Shown here piece by piece: positions 35,780 to 46,140 of a DNA stretch of 64,000 nucleotides (position 1 is the stretch's first letter; each line of letters opens with the position of its first letter). The notes below the pieces were generated by a model, which made no database searches, was not told the DNA's origin, and saw nothing but the letters and a program-made list of their open reading frames with translations. The position numbers and the translations under genes are program-made. Source of the DNA: a virus (Duplodnaviria; Caudoviricetes); IMG/VR virus record IMGVR_UViG_3300032225_001322, positions 32,001 to 96,000 of that record. One strand, written 5' to 3'.

Positions 35780-38566
35780 TTATTTTGTTTTAAATGCTTG
35801 ATATAGACTTAAGAATGAATCAACGGACTCTTCCATAGTGTGTAAACGATCTTCCTGACTAGCAACTACTGGAATAGTAGTTTGTCCAGTTGATTTTTTA
35901 CGGTTTAACCCGCCACTATATTGCAGAGCATCATCTGTTTCTTCTTGATTAGTAGGATAGTCTGGTTCATTTTGTGAAACAGGAGCATCGGCTTCAGCTA
36001 GTTCATCGCATTGACAAGGAACACCACCGCATGTACCACATGGTTCTGCTGGATGTGTATCACCGGCATGGCTATGGGTTGATGTTACTCCCATTGACTG
36101 CAATAATTCTTTAAAGCGACTAACATCATCACCGTCTACAGTAATTGTAATACTTTCGTGATCTTGGCCGTCGTCGTTTTTAGTTGCTGTTGTATTAACA
36201 TTAACATTTTCTGCTAATAAAGTTTCATATTGGCGATTCCATGAATCATAAATACCGCCGCCAAATTTCATACCGCCTTTACTGGACTTAGGAGCTTCAG
36301 AAGTAGTTGCTACACTTCCAGAAGTTGTTGTTTCATCAACCTTTTCTTCTTTTTTGACTTTCTTTTTGCCGCCTTCCTCATCTTTACCAAGACGACCAGC
36401 AACAACATCACCTTGTGTTACTTTGTCGTATGGTTTAGCATTGTTGGCTAGATTACCGTCACCTTTGCCTTCTTCAGTTTTTTTAGATTTAACTTTTTCT
36501 GGCAAACCTTTGTGCTTAGTACTAGCAAAATCTTCAGCATCTTTTTTCTTCATGCCTTTGGCAACCTTAGCTACTTCTTTACTAGCTGGTTTTTCACCTT
36601 TTTGTGCGGCGTGAACCATACCCATAAATCGTTGTTGTTTTTTACTAACTGCTTTTTCTTGAATTGCTTGCCCGCAATGATGACATACTTCATCTACTTC
36701 TTCTTCGCGCATAGCATCTTTGGCCATTAGTTTGCTCTTACCTGTAGGACCACGAGCACCTGTAGCACCTTTTGTACCTGCTGGGCGGCCACGACCACGC
36801 TTAACTGATGGCTTGCCATCTTTGCTTATTGGAGCATCTGTGTCGTCATCTTCTGGTTCATCATCAAATCTGCGAGTATATACAGTCCCTGTGCTTACTT
36901 TACGCTTGTCAAACTTACCAGTACCTTTTTCTTTTTCACGCTGGGCTAACCAACGATCCATGTCGGCAAAACCTTCGTCAACTTCTGATTCATCGGGACT
37001 AATAGCGTTACCGATTGCGTTGCCAGCCATCGCACCGCGAATTGCGCCAACTGGGCCGCCAACTGCCGCGCCTGCAATGCCGCCTACCATAGCGCCACCA
37101 AGACCTTCGTCGCAATTACAAGCCTTCATAAACTTGCCGTGATCAAATCTTGGATTAGATGCTTTGAAAACACCTGCGTGATGTTTAGCAAGTTCCATGC
37201 GTTTAGCTGGATCTTCAATATGCTTTAACAAATCTGCTGTGTGTTGGAAGTGTTGACGAGTCATTGTTTCATCAAGTTCACTTGTATCTGTATATTCTTT
37301 ACCGCCTACATTAAATTTTTCACCTTTAGGTGTTGATTTAAGTTTTCCAGTAAACGCATTACCTTCAAACTCCATACCATTATATGCATCAGCATCGCCA
37401 GCAGAACCATTGTATGGTTTGGAAATAGCATCTTCTTTAGCTTGTTCTTTATCGTGCGGAGCTAATTTGCGATTTAGATAATCCATGATATCCTCTTCGC
37501 TATCATCAGTTTCATAATAATCACGCTTGTCTTTTAAACGATCCATTTTTCCTGGCACAGGAATATTACCTGGAATACCTTTTGATGGAGTTGGTGTATC
37601 ACATTCCATTTCAGTTTCGTCCATTTTGTCATAGCGATTGCGAATCTGATCCATTTTGTCTTTACCGGCATGCTCGCGACCAGCTTTGCGTAGAGCATCC
37701 ATGCCTTGCTTGCCATATTTTTTGTTACCTAAGTAGGCCTGTAAAGCACTTTCTTCCATACCATCTTCTTGTACTGGAAAAGTTTTGCCACCTACCGTGA
37801 ACTCACTCTTATGATCTTTTTTGGCATTGGCCAATGCGCCTGAAAATTCATTGCCTTCGTCGGTCATGTCTTCATTGGCATGACGTAATTTATTTAATAC
37901 TGCTCCAGCTACTCTTTCGCCAGCTTCCTTACTGCCATAACGCTCAGCAGCGCCTTTAGCAATCTTAGAAAAATTCTTGCCAGGCTTACCAATGTCTTTG
38001 CCAGCGGCTGCTTTTTTAGCAGAGTAATCAGTTTCGCCAACCATAGTGCGAACTGAACCTTGTAATAGTTTACCGTCAACACGAATACCTTTGTCTGCGT
38101 ATGCTTTGGCTTCTGCTTCGGTGTCAAAAGTTTTTACTGGTTTGCCGCCGTTGTGGCCAACAATACAAACTCCATATTTTGTTTCTGTTTTTTCTTCTAA
38201 GCTACCAGATCCACTAAAGTTCATTCCGCCTGTGCCGTCTTCTTTAACTTTTGCTAAACCTTTTTCACGGTTAGCAGCAGACTTGGCTGAAAGCTCTTTT
38301 TCTTTAGAACTAGCGCCTGGATTATTTTTGTTACGATTGTAAATGTCTACTTCTGTTTTTGCTTTTTTAGCATAACTATCTTTAGTAGATTGACTAATTT
38401 CATTTACTTGGCCTTCCATCAGTGCCTTCATGTCACTGCGTAAGGACTCTTCAAGAGATTTACGAACTGGTGACTTGTTAGCTGCCTTGGCTACTTCTTT
38501 AGCAATTTGTTCTTGCTCGTTGCCAATACTGTTTAATTTTTTATTAAGGTCGTAAAAAAAGCTCAT
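35780..38566 (-). CDS. 928-aa modular low-complexity protein (DUF3008-like module, AT-hook, glycine zipper); probable head-internal polyprotein
   Basis: AVSKKQQRFMGMV...FASTKHKGLPEKV; KRGRGRP; GLGGAMVGGIAGAAVGG; modules bounded by x-x-E sites. Confidence 0.65.
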   Translation of the reverse strand: MSFFYDLNKKLNSIGNEQEQIAKEVAKAANKSPVRKSLEESLRSDMKALMEGQVNEISQSTKDSYAKKAKTEVDIYNRNKNNPGASSKEKELSAKSAANREKGLAKVKEDGTGGMNFSGSGSLEEKTETKYGVCIVGHNGGKPVKTFDTEAEAKAYADKGIRVDGKLLQGSVRTMVGETDYSAKKAAAGKDIGKPGKNFSKIAKGAAERYGSKEAGERVAGAVLNKLRHANEDMTDEGNEFSGALANAKKDHKSEFTVGGKTFPVQEDGMEESALQAYLGNKKYGKQGMDALRKAGREHAGKDKMDQIRNRYDKMDETEMECDTPTPSKGIPGNIPVPGKMDRLKDKRDYYETDDSEEDIMDYLNRKLAPHDKEQAKEDAISKPYNGSAGDADAYNGMEFEGNAFTGKLKSTPKGEKFNVGGKEYTDTSELDETMTRQHFQHTADLLKHIEDPAKRMELAKHHAGVFKASNPRFDHGKFMKACNCDEGLGGAMVGGIAGAAVGGPVGAIRGAMAGNAIGNAISPDESEVDEGFADMDRWLAQREKEKGTGKFDKRKVSTGTVYTRRFDDEPEDDDTDAPISKDGKPSVKRGRGRPAGTKGATGARGPTGKSKLMAKDAMREEEVDEVCHHCGQAIQEKAVSKKQQRFMGMVHAAQKGEKPASKEVAKVAKGMKKKDAEDFASTKHKGLPEKVKSKKTEEGKGDGNLANNAKPYDKVTQGDVVAGRLGKDEEGGKKKVKKEEKVDETTTSGSVATTSEAPKSSKGGMKFGGGIYDSWNRQYETLLAENVNVNTTATKNDDGQDHESITITVDGDDVSRFKELLQSMGVTSTHSHAGDTHPAEPCGTCGGVPCQCDELAEADAPVSQNEPDYPTNQEETDDALQYSGGLNRKKSTGQTTIPVVASQEDRLHTMEESVDSFLSLYQAFKTK

Positions 38567-39180
38567 TTGTAGTTTCCTGATGGTTGTGCGCCAGTTGCTG
38601 GCTTGCGTGGACGCTTCTCTGCGTGTGTCATTGGACTGTCATCGCCCATGGGTAAATCGTTTGTTGTTTCAGCAGGCTTTGGACTGCCACCAGCAACGGT
38701 AAAGTTACTGCGATAAGAATTTTTTAATACAGCATGGTCATATGGATCGGCTGAATAATCTTTAATCAATTCTTTTTGTTTAGCATCATCTGCTGGGTAT
38801 GGTGCTGTTAAAACTGGATCTGTTTGAGCTTCAAGTTTTGCTTTATAATCAGCTTCATTATCCCCATAAACAGATGTCTGCATAATAATTTTATTTTCAT
38901 CAAAGCCAAGTAAACGAGCAATTTGTTTGATCTGTGGCTCAATAGCAGGATAGCGAAGTTCAACATCAATGCTGGTAACTTTTTCGTTTTCACATGCTGG
39001 AAAGTCAGCTGGCTTGGCTTGAATTGGAGTGCTTTTTTCGGCACCAATCTTTAATGGATCAAACTGATCCAATTTACCTTTGAGGGAATTATAAAATCCC
39101 TGGGGCAAATCACCAACTATTTTGATGCGATAGTTGTAGGTTCTTTCGCTTTCTGCTAAGTAATCTTTAAAATTTTTCAT
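38563..39180 (-). CDS. Probable head-associated protein
   Basis: MKNFKDYLAE start resembles T4 internal-protein targeting peptides; perfect TATAAATA at 39198-39205. Confidence 0.65.
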   Translation of the reverse strand: MKNFKDYLAESERTYNYRIKIVGDLPQGFYNSLKGKLDQFDPLKIGAEKSTPIQAKPADFPACENEKVTSIDVELRYPAIEPQIKQIARLLGFDENKIIMQTSVYGDNEADYKAKLEAQTDPVLTAPYPADDAKQKELIKDYSADPYDHAVLKNSYRSNFTVAGGSPKPAETTNDLPMGDDSPMTHAEKRPRKPATGAQPSGNYK

Positions 39181-39205
39181 GATTGTTTCCTATATTATAT
39201 TTATA

Positions 39206-39706
39206 CTAATTGTCTTTTTGTGCTCTGTCGCTAAGTAAACGTTCTAAGAGGTCATTGCGAGTTAGTACTTGTCCTTCGGCCGTTGGAATACTGTTCAAAT
39301 CCCCAGTTTTTTTAGCAGCATCTTGATCTAACTTTAACTTTTTAAGTTGTAAGTCAATCATTTTTAATTTCTTATTCAGTTTAGTAGTTTTAGCGGTCAG
39401 TGCGTGTCCCAGCATATTACCAGCTACAGCAAACAATTCTGCGGCAAATCTGCTGTCTACATTCATGCCCAAATCTGATAAATCTTGATAGCTTTGTTTG
39501 GCTAAATCGGCTAGTTCATCTAGTTCTCGGTCGCTGGCAGCCAAGTCACGAATAGCAGGCAAAGCCTGGTCAATTTTATCTATAGTTTGGTCTAATTCTA
39601 CAATAGCATGACGAGTTTCTTCTTGGGTCATATTTTCAACAACAGGAATATCTTGTGGATCTTCAAGCTGATCAAATCCAAATAAGGTTTCTAACTTTTT
39701 AGTCAT
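39206..39706 (-). CDS. Helical late protein, possible terminase small subunit
   Basis: Coiled-coil 166 aa, leaderless late promoter, next to gp4; function is inference. Confidence 0.4.
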   Translation of the reverse strand: MTKKLETLFGFDQLEDPQDIPVVENMTQEETRHAIVELDQTIDKIDQALPAIRDLAASDRELDELADLAKQSYQDLSDLGMNVDSRFAAELFAVAGNMLGHALTAKTTKLNKKLKMIDLQLKKLKLDQDAAKKTGDLNSIPTAEGQVLTRNDLLERLLSDRAQKDN

Positions 39707-39738
39707 ACTGTTATTTACAGTATTTTGGCAGGGGTAGA

Positions 39739-40170
39739 TTACTTCTTGCCTTGATGGAATATTTGTTCTTCTGTGATAACTCTAAAAGTAAGCCCATTTT
39801 GTTTAGCCCATAATGTAGCAGCGTGCCATTTAGCATAGTTAAGAGCTACTATAGCTCTGTCGCGATCTTTCATCTTACTTTCAATTAAACTTTGTTTTTT
39901 GGGTTTAATTTCAATCAATTCAGCTCTTACTGTTTCTCTTGGACCGCGATAAGTTACGATAAAATCTGGAACATACATTGTTGTTTTGCCGGTTAACGGA
40001 TTGCGATAAGGAATACGGACTGGTTCGCTAGCCCAACTAATGACATTATCATTGGAGTCAAGGAACATCATAAAAGTCATTTCCCAACCAGAGCGAAACT
40101 TTGGTTTACCGTTGCCTACATATTTTTGTGAATTTTTTACTTCGTAGAAGCCTTGGCGGAAATTTGCCAT
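39739..40170 (-). CDS. Head completion nuclease (gp4-like, TnsA fold)
   Basis: KYVG, RSGWE, WASE, IPY, YVPDF, EIKP, KW. Confidence 0.9.
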   Translation of the reverse strand: MANFRQGFYEVKNSQKYVGNGKPKFRSGWEMTFMMFLDSNDNVISWASEPVRIPYRNPLTGKTTMYVPDFIVTYRGPRETVRAELIEIKPKKQSLIESKMKDRDRAIVALNYAKWHAATLWAKQNGLTFRVITEEQIFHQGKK

Positions 40171-40175
40171 GATGG

Positions 40176-40535
40176 TTACTGTTTGATGTTATGTGCTACG
40201 TAATAATTGGGAGTAGTTGGTTGTATTACTCCTAATTTAGTGGCAGGGCTTTGGAATGTGTTCAGATAAAAAGCAAACGTCACAGTAATCTGTGGTTTAG
40301 ACATTCCCTGGAGATTTTGTAACAATTCTGTAACTGGTATTCCCGAAGCGGCAGCCATACGGAACATTGTCACAGTAAAATTGCCAGCTTGGGTAGGTGT
40401 TTCGAACACACTCAACAGATAACTATAAACAGCATCATACTCTGGACCAGATACTGCTTGTTGATAATCATAAAATCCATCAAATATTTGTACTGTTAAA
40501 TCTGTTTTAGTATTAAAATTATTGATATTAGACAC
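40176..40535 (-). CDS. Hypothetical protein, tail module
   Basis: 119 aa, GTG start, in the tail operon. Confidence 0.65.
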   Translation of the reverse strand: MSNINNFNTKTDLTVQIFDGFYDYQQAVSGPEYDAVYSYLLSVFETPTQAGNFTVTMFRMAAASGIPVTELLQNLQGMSKPQITVTFAFYLNTFQSPATKLGVIQPTTPNYYVAHNIKQ

Positions 40536-40537
40536 GA

Positions 40538-41668
40538 TTATAATCCTGGAAAATTAAATCCGCCGCGGGATAATTGTCTAAGTTGTTTTTGACTAGCATT
40601 TTTTAATTCATCGGGAAGTCCAGCAAGAGGATTTCTACCACGGAATGTGTTATATGTAGTCATAGCTGTTTGTACGGCACCAAGCACATTCTGTAATCCA
40701 CCTTGTCCGCTGGCAAGGGCTTGTAAATCTTCTATAGTACCGGCAGCAGCATCCACTAGGCCACCTTGGCCAAATACTGATCGTGTTCCGCCTGGGCGAG
40801 TAATACCAGATGGTACTCTATCATAGTGTGCTGGATCAGCAAACCCAGGCACTCTAATTGATGGTTGTTGACTTCCAATGGCGCCCGAATAATATTTTAC
40901 AGTTTCATATTCGATAGTAACTTCATTCTTCATTGTGCCATTGCCTTCTGAATAATCGTAAGTATCATGATTCCATTGAGTAATAATAGGATTAATTAAA
41001 GTCCAAGCCGCATATTTCTTTTGACTCATACCATAGATAGTTATATCACGGAAAAATTGTGGTTTGCCAGTACTATTAGTTCCAAGATTAGTTCCGTCAG
41101 AATAACTTTCGCCTACAAACCCCCAGTCGGCACTTTGTAATGTCTGGCTATAGATATCATTGGTATTGTAATTAAATCCGCCAAATAATGATTGTAATTG
41201 GCCTAGTGTACCAGATCTATTAGGAACATTTTGATATTTTTGACTTGGATCTTTGTAATAATATGTAAAATAATTATACCACATATTACGAATTAAATCA
41301 GCTTGGTCGTCATGAAAAGTAATGCGACAAGGCTCATATCTCATTTTAGTCTGTACTAATCTTTTACGATTATATTGATTCATAACAGTAGTATCGATTT
41401 TAAACTTAGGTAACTCAATACTTTTAACCATTAAGCCAATACTTTCTACTGATCCTGATCCGTAAGCAGCTTGTAGCTGTGGGATCTGCCCAGTATTAAT
41501 ATTAAAAAATGTGTGGTATAGGAATTTAAGACGAGGACTTAGCTGATAACCGTTGGTCTCAAAAGTATAGGCGGCGTGTTCGTAATCCTTAACGCCAGGT
41601 AAAGCTGCGATGCCTTGACCGAATGATTGTAGTAAACTACCGCCCTGGCCGAAATAGCCGGTTCCCAT
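40538..41668 (-). CDS. Tail tube-like / baseplate tube-initiator protein
   Basis: VKSIELPKF, QYNRKR, ITFHDD, HDTYDY, IEYE pattern; follows the tube gene. Confidence 0.65.
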   Translation of the reverse strand: MGTGYFGQGGSLLQSFGQGIAALPGVKDYEHAAYTFETNGYQLSPRLKFLYHTFFNINTGQIPQLQAAYGSGSVESIGLMVKSIELPKFKIDTTVMNQYNRKRLVQTKMRYEPCRITFHDDQADLIRNMWYNYFTYYYKDPSQKYQNVPNRSGTLGQLQSLFGGFNYNTNDIYSQTLQSADWGFVGESYSDGTNLGTNSTGKPQFFRDITIYGMSQKKYAAWTLINPIITQWNHDTYDYSEGNGTMKNEVTIEYETVKYYSGAIGSQQPSIRVPGFADPAHYDRVPSGITRPGGTRSVFGQGGLVDAAAGTIEDLQALASGQGGLQNVLGAVQTAMTTYNTFRGRNPLAGLPDELKNASQKQLRQLSRGGFNFPGL

Positions 41669-41673
41669 AGATT

Positions 41674-42330
41674 TTAAACCGTATTAGTATTGACGGAAGC
41701 TGCGCCAGTAGCCACAGTTCCAACTGTGTAAGCAATAGCTTGACCTACACCTGTTGGGGTTCCAGCGCCATTAACTTGGATTGCGTTATCGTATGTAATT
41801 GTTAAACTAACTTTAACTGCTTCTGATGTAGCATAATCCATTGTGTTATAATTAACATCTTTTAAGTAAGCGCCAAGGATATTCCATTCTTCTAATACTG
41901 TAGGTTCGTTAGTACCATTACCACCATCGAGTACTTGGAAGCCAATTGAGAATTTATAATCAATTCCTGAAGCTCCAGAACTTTGCTCCATAAAGTCTAA
42001 TTGTTTTTGTAATTGTTCACCAACTAATCTACTTACATTGCCTTGAGCATCATCGCGCAGATCGCATGTAATATCAGTCCAGGAGTGCTTACCAGCAAGT
42101 TTAACAGTACTATTGTAAATTGGTAATTTGATTTCTTCAAACTGTACATGCGGGCGATCAAACTTCATAACTTGTTTTGTAAGCTCTGTAGTAGGTGTGC
42201 TTACGCCAAAATTATTAAAGAAAACACGGAAGCGATATGCCAATTTAGGCATTAATAAGCCCTGTGTTGATGCGCTTTGACCGTCTGCCCCTAGTGGGAC
42301 TGTCATGTTAGTTAATGAGGATGTTGCCAT
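41674..42330 (-). CDS. Tail tube protein (gp19-like)
   Basis: PKLAYRFRV, KLAGKHSW, W-x-I-x-G, LTITYDNA; downstream of sheath; late promoter 42352-42359. Confidence 0.85.
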   Translation of the reverse strand: MATSSLTNMTVPLGADGQSASTQGLLMPKLAYRFRVFFNNFGVSTPTTELTKQVMKFDRPHVQFEEIKLPIYNSTVKLAGKHSWTDITCDLRDDAQGNVSRLVGEQLQKQLDFMEQSSGASGIDYKFSIGFQVLDGGNGTNEPTVLEEWNILGAYLKDVNYNTMDYATSEAVKVSLTITYDNAIQVNGAGTPTGVGQAIAYTVGTVATGAASVNTNTV

Positions 42331-42364
42331 TTGTTAATCTCCGATATACTTTATTTAGTTAATA

Positions 42365-42388
42365 AAGTTGGGCAAAAATGCCCAACTT
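42365..42388 (-). terminator. Hairpin between sheath and tube genes
   Basis: aagttgggca-aaaa-tgcccaactt, perfect 10-bp stem. Confidence 0.7.
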
Positions 42389-42391
42389 ATA

Positions 42392-45300
42392 TTAGGCAGC
42401 CGCCTGCGCCGCAATCGCTCCAGTATTTTCAATACGCAATGGAATATAAATGAATTCTACTGCTTTTACTGGTTCAATCGCAATATCAACCCATAACTGA
42501 TTCTGATCGATTGTTGTTGGTGTATTGTTTGAACTATCACATACAACCAAGTAGTCATAGATACCGCGTTTAGCTACCAAGTCAATCATTAGACTTACGA
42601 CTGAGTTACTAATTTCTGTACGGGTAATTTGATCGTTTGGTTCAAACAAGTATTGCTTACCAATTTGATTAAGTCTAGCACGAACAAAGCACACTAAACG
42701 AGCCACGTTAATACGATCCAATGCGGTTGCTGTTGCTTGTAATGTCTTATTACCAAAGTTAGTAATACCTACACCTGGGATATAAGTAATTGGATTAATC
42801 TGGTTTGAGTACAATACATCGCGCAAGGATTGGCCAACACTTAATGTTTCAAATATACCAGTGATACCATTTAAGTAGCCTAATTGTTGTGCGTTGTCGA
42901 CTAATCCACGGCGTGTACCAGCCGGAGCTAACCAAGGGAAAGCTACTTCGTCACTGCGAATAATAGTACGAATCATCATGTGGCTCGGATAAGTTACAAC
43001 GAAGTTTCCAGTTAAGTCGGTTGTGCGACAACTTGGATAGAATGTTGCGCCATAAGCATCGCCAGCTGCTAAATTACCGTCTGCTGTTGCTAAACCTAAT
43101 CCATTATTATTGCTAGCCCATGTAGCTACATTTTCTGGAGTCAAACGCAATGGTGTATCAATAATGCTAAATGCTACATTATTGATTTCATTGTTTAATG
43201 CTTCCATATTAGGAGCTAATTCTGGATAACCAGTTACCGCAATTAAGTTATAGTTATTTTGCTCTTCACGGATTTGTGCGTTAGTATCGATAGCAACTCT
43301 TAAAGCTTCGACAATAATCTGACGCTGTGATTGACGGCCCATGTATGGACTGCCATCTGGACGACTACCAGTAGCACTTACCCATGTATTAAACACATCT
43401 TGTAATGCCCAATAAGACGCATTAGTATCCGGCTGTTCATTTGAATTATTTTCAATACAAGCATAAACTAGACTATTATACTGTACATATTCGCCAATAG
43501 TGTATGATGTAGTAGAATCCCAATCATATGTTGGGAAACTTTGATTATTGAAATAATTTAACTCAAACTGCTTAACATTGAATCCAGAACGACGAGTATT
43601 CCATAACAAGATACCTGTTGGATATAGTTCTGCCATAGGAGCATCTGGGTCTAAATAGTTGCTAGTCAACAAACTTTCGATTGTTGGTAGAGCATCGGCC
43701 ACAGGATCAGTTGTACCATTTGGTGCCCAACGAGCATCGGCGAAAAGAATTCCGCTTGACTGTGTTTGATCTGAATTTACAATCTGTACCCACTGATCAA
43801 CTCCGTCAACAGCTTGCCAACGATATATCAAAGGATAATCTTCTAAATCACTAGTATTAACCCATAGATCACCATATACCAATGGACTAGAGGACGCATC
43901 ATTTTGTGTTAGTGGTGCTGTGGCGCTAATAATAGGACCAGTAGCATTTGTCATAGATAAATCGTAACCGCGAGAATCAGATGTGACCGTTTGATAACCT
44001 TGCCATACTCCGTTATTTTGTATCATGATATCTACTTGTGTAGGATCACTGTAATACCAATATGTTCCACTTGTTGGATTTTCGCCTGGTGTAGTTTCAC
44101 TAGCTGTGTAACTAAATGTTGGGCTACCTACCCAATTACTTAAAATAACACCTGTTGCGGAGCCATTTACATAATTGTTGCGTACCAAGAAAGTACCGCT
44201 TGATGAAGTTTGTGCAATAAATCCAGCTGTTGTAAGTGGGGTGCCAGTGACATTTGTCAAGTAGATATCACCGCCTGCGCTATGTGTCAACACAATAGCA
44301 CCAGTACTTGCTATGCTAGCACTTACATAAGGAATATTAGCACTACTTACTGCTTCTATAAAGTCTGTAGCTGTCGTGCCGTTAATAGTTACAGTAACAG
44401 ATGTAATACTTGCTGTACCAGGCTGTGTAGCGCCAACAGTAAACTCATTACCATTTACAAAAGTTTGTGTGGTAGTTGTACCTGTAACAACTGTTGCTCC
44501 TGTGACATACCGACTTAGGATTAAATAACCAGACTTGCCATCGCTGAATGGATAACTTTGTGCATACAAAGACCCAGCTGGAATAGCTGTTCCACCTGTA
44601 CTTGGATCATAACCATAGATTGCCGTAGCATCACTAGTATATACTGGAACAGATTTAATAACATAAGCGCCTAATATGGAATTATATTGCTTCATTACCA
44701 ATGTTGTACCAAGATTAATACTGTTAGATTTCTGCCATATAGAACCTGTAGCTGCTGGTCGAGGACTAAATGTATTCCATTGTGGAACTGTATAACTTGG
44801 GCTATTCTGATATGCTGGTGGATAGTATGTTCCTGGTGTGATACCTAATGTTGTTAATGGTGTACCTGTACCGTTAGCAAGAACTACTGTACCTGCTCCA
44901 GACGAAACATTACCGCCAGCACCAGCTGTAACATTTGCTGTACTAGCAAAAGTCACACTAGATGTTGTAGCATTGGCAACAGAATATGTGCCGTTAAAAC
45001 TAGAATTATTAGCCCCATCAACAGTTATCTTACTACCAACCGCAAACGGAACACTACCTTGTGTACTGAAAGAAGCCACAGCAGATGTGCCGTTACCTAC
45101 AATACCAGTAATAGAAATACTAGTACCAGTAGCTGTAGAGTTAGCATATAGATATAATGATCCGCCGATATTGGCAGCATGTACACCAGGGATAGAGGCT
45201 GTAGTGATAGCATTAACTACACCAGTTACTGTGGCATTACCGCCAGACGGAACTGTAATTAAAGACCCGTTAACTGTAAATGTATTACTAGCAGTCAACG

Positions 45301-46039
45301 ATGTTGGTGTATAACTACCTTCTACCGTAGGCCACGCTAATTGCCAATCACCACTACCAACTTGTACCCAAGTATTATAATTGTTGATTAGTGTTGTGTC
45401 AGTAGTCTGACCAGTTGTTGCTCCGCCAGCTTTGAAATAAATTGGATTACTTGTATATGTGGTTGTAACAGCATATTGCCCGATACTACCATAGCTCTGT
45501 AATGGCACACTCGTATTTGCATTTAAATATTCAGAATTAGTAATATTCAATGGAATCTGATTAGTAAATGCGCCAGTAGTTTGATTCCATTGGAATAATC
45601 CCCATTGTGTGTTATCAGTATCTAACCAATATGTCCCGTTAGGAGGATTTCCTGTTGGGCGTGTCAATGAAGCTGAAAGCGCAGCTAAATCAACATTAGC
45701 ACGGAGTACATAGCACTGATTAGTAATACCTAATGCGGAATAAGCAGCTAATAAACCGTATTCGTTTAATTCGTAACCATTGATCGGAGTGCCATTTGTA
45801 GTAGTATAAAAGAACGGATTGCCGTACTGAGCAAGTAAAGCTCTTTGACTAGTAGCCAAGAACAATTGATCCGCATTAGCATTTAATGTGCCTGGAGCAA
45901 TTCCTGTGCCTGCTGCTGATAGTTTGTTACTAGCTGTAGCTATAACTATAAGTGGGACTGAATTTGTAGCGGCTGGTAAGTATTGACTTTCATCAACTAC
46001 TGTGACTTGTACGCCTGGAGATACTAATGTGTTTGCCAT
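42392..46039 (-). CDS. Contractile tail sheath protein (gp18-like) with large insertion
   Basis: LVSPGVQVTVVDES; PWLAPAGTRRG, LYSNQINPI, LDRINVARL, FEPND, IEPVKAVEFIYIP. Confidence 0.95.
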   Translation of the reverse strand: MANTLVSPGVQVTVVDESQYLPAATNSVPLIVIATASNKLSAAGTGIAPGTLNANADQLFLATSQRALLAQYGNPFFYTTTNGTPINGYELNEYGLLAAYSALGITNQCYVLRANVDLAALSASLTRPTGNPPNGTYWLDTDNTQWGLFQWNQTTGAFTNQIPLNITNSEYLNANTSVPLQSYGSIGQYAVTTTYTSNPIYFKAGGATTGQTTDTTLINNYNTWVQVGSGDWQLAWPTVEGSYTPTSLTASNTFTVNGSLITVPSGGNATVTGVVNAITTASIPGVHAANIGGSLYLYANSTATGTSISITGIVGNGTSAVASFSTQGSVPFAVGSKITVDGANNSSFNGTYSVANATTSSVTFASTANVTAGAGGNVSSGAGTVVLANGTGTPLTTLGITPGTYYPPAYQNSPSYTVPQWNTFSPRPAATGSIWQKSNSINLGTTLVMKQYNSILGAYVIKSVPVYTSDATAIYGYDPSTGGTAIPAGSLYAQSYPFSDGKSGYLILSRYVTGATVVTGTTTTQTFVNGNEFTVGATQPGTASITSVTVTINGTTATDFIEAVSSANIPYVSASIASTGAIVLTHSAGGDIYLTNVTGTPLTTAGFIAQTSSSGTFLVRNNYVNGSATGVILSNWVGSPTFSYTASETTPGENPTSGTYWYYSDPTQVDIMIQNNGVWQGYQTVTSDSRGYDLSMTNATGPIISATAPLTQNDASSSPLVYGDLWVNTSDLEDYPLIYRWQAVDGVDQWVQIVNSDQTQSSGILFADARWAPNGTTDPVADALPTIESLLTSNYLDPDAPMAELYPTGILLWNTRRSGFNVKQFELNYFNNQSFPTYDWDSTTSYTIGEYVQYNSLVYACIENNSNEQPDTNASYWALQDVFNTWVSATGSRPDGSPYMGRQSQRQIIVEALRVAIDTNAQIREEQNNYNLIAVTGYPELAPNMEALNNEINNVAFSIIDTPLRLTPENVATWASNNNGLGLATADGNLAAGDAYGATFYPSCRTTDLTGNFVVTYPSHMMIRTIIRSDEVAFPWLAPAGTRRGLVDNAQQLGYLNGITGIFETLSVGQSLRDVLYSNQINPITYIPGVGITNFGNKTLQATATALDRINVARLVCFVRARLNQIGKQYLFEPNDQITRTEISNSVVSLMIDLVAKRGIYDYLVVCDSSNNTPTTIDQNQLWVDIAIEPVKAVEFIYIPLRIENTGAIAAQAAA

Positions 46040-46067
46040 AGCAAAAATCCTTTTTATTAATTATTAA

Positions 46068-46135
46068 TATTTAGCATTTTAATCAAAAAGACTCCAATAA
46101 TCGCGGCCTATATAGTAGGTTCGCCCGCATAAATA
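46068..46135. promoter_or_regulatory. Divergent late promoters (sheath and HNH-like gene)
   Basis: Minus strand GCTAAATA 46068-46075; plus strand CATAAATA 46128-46135, 5 nt before ATG 46141. Confidence 0.75.
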
Positions 46136-46140
46136 CCCGT

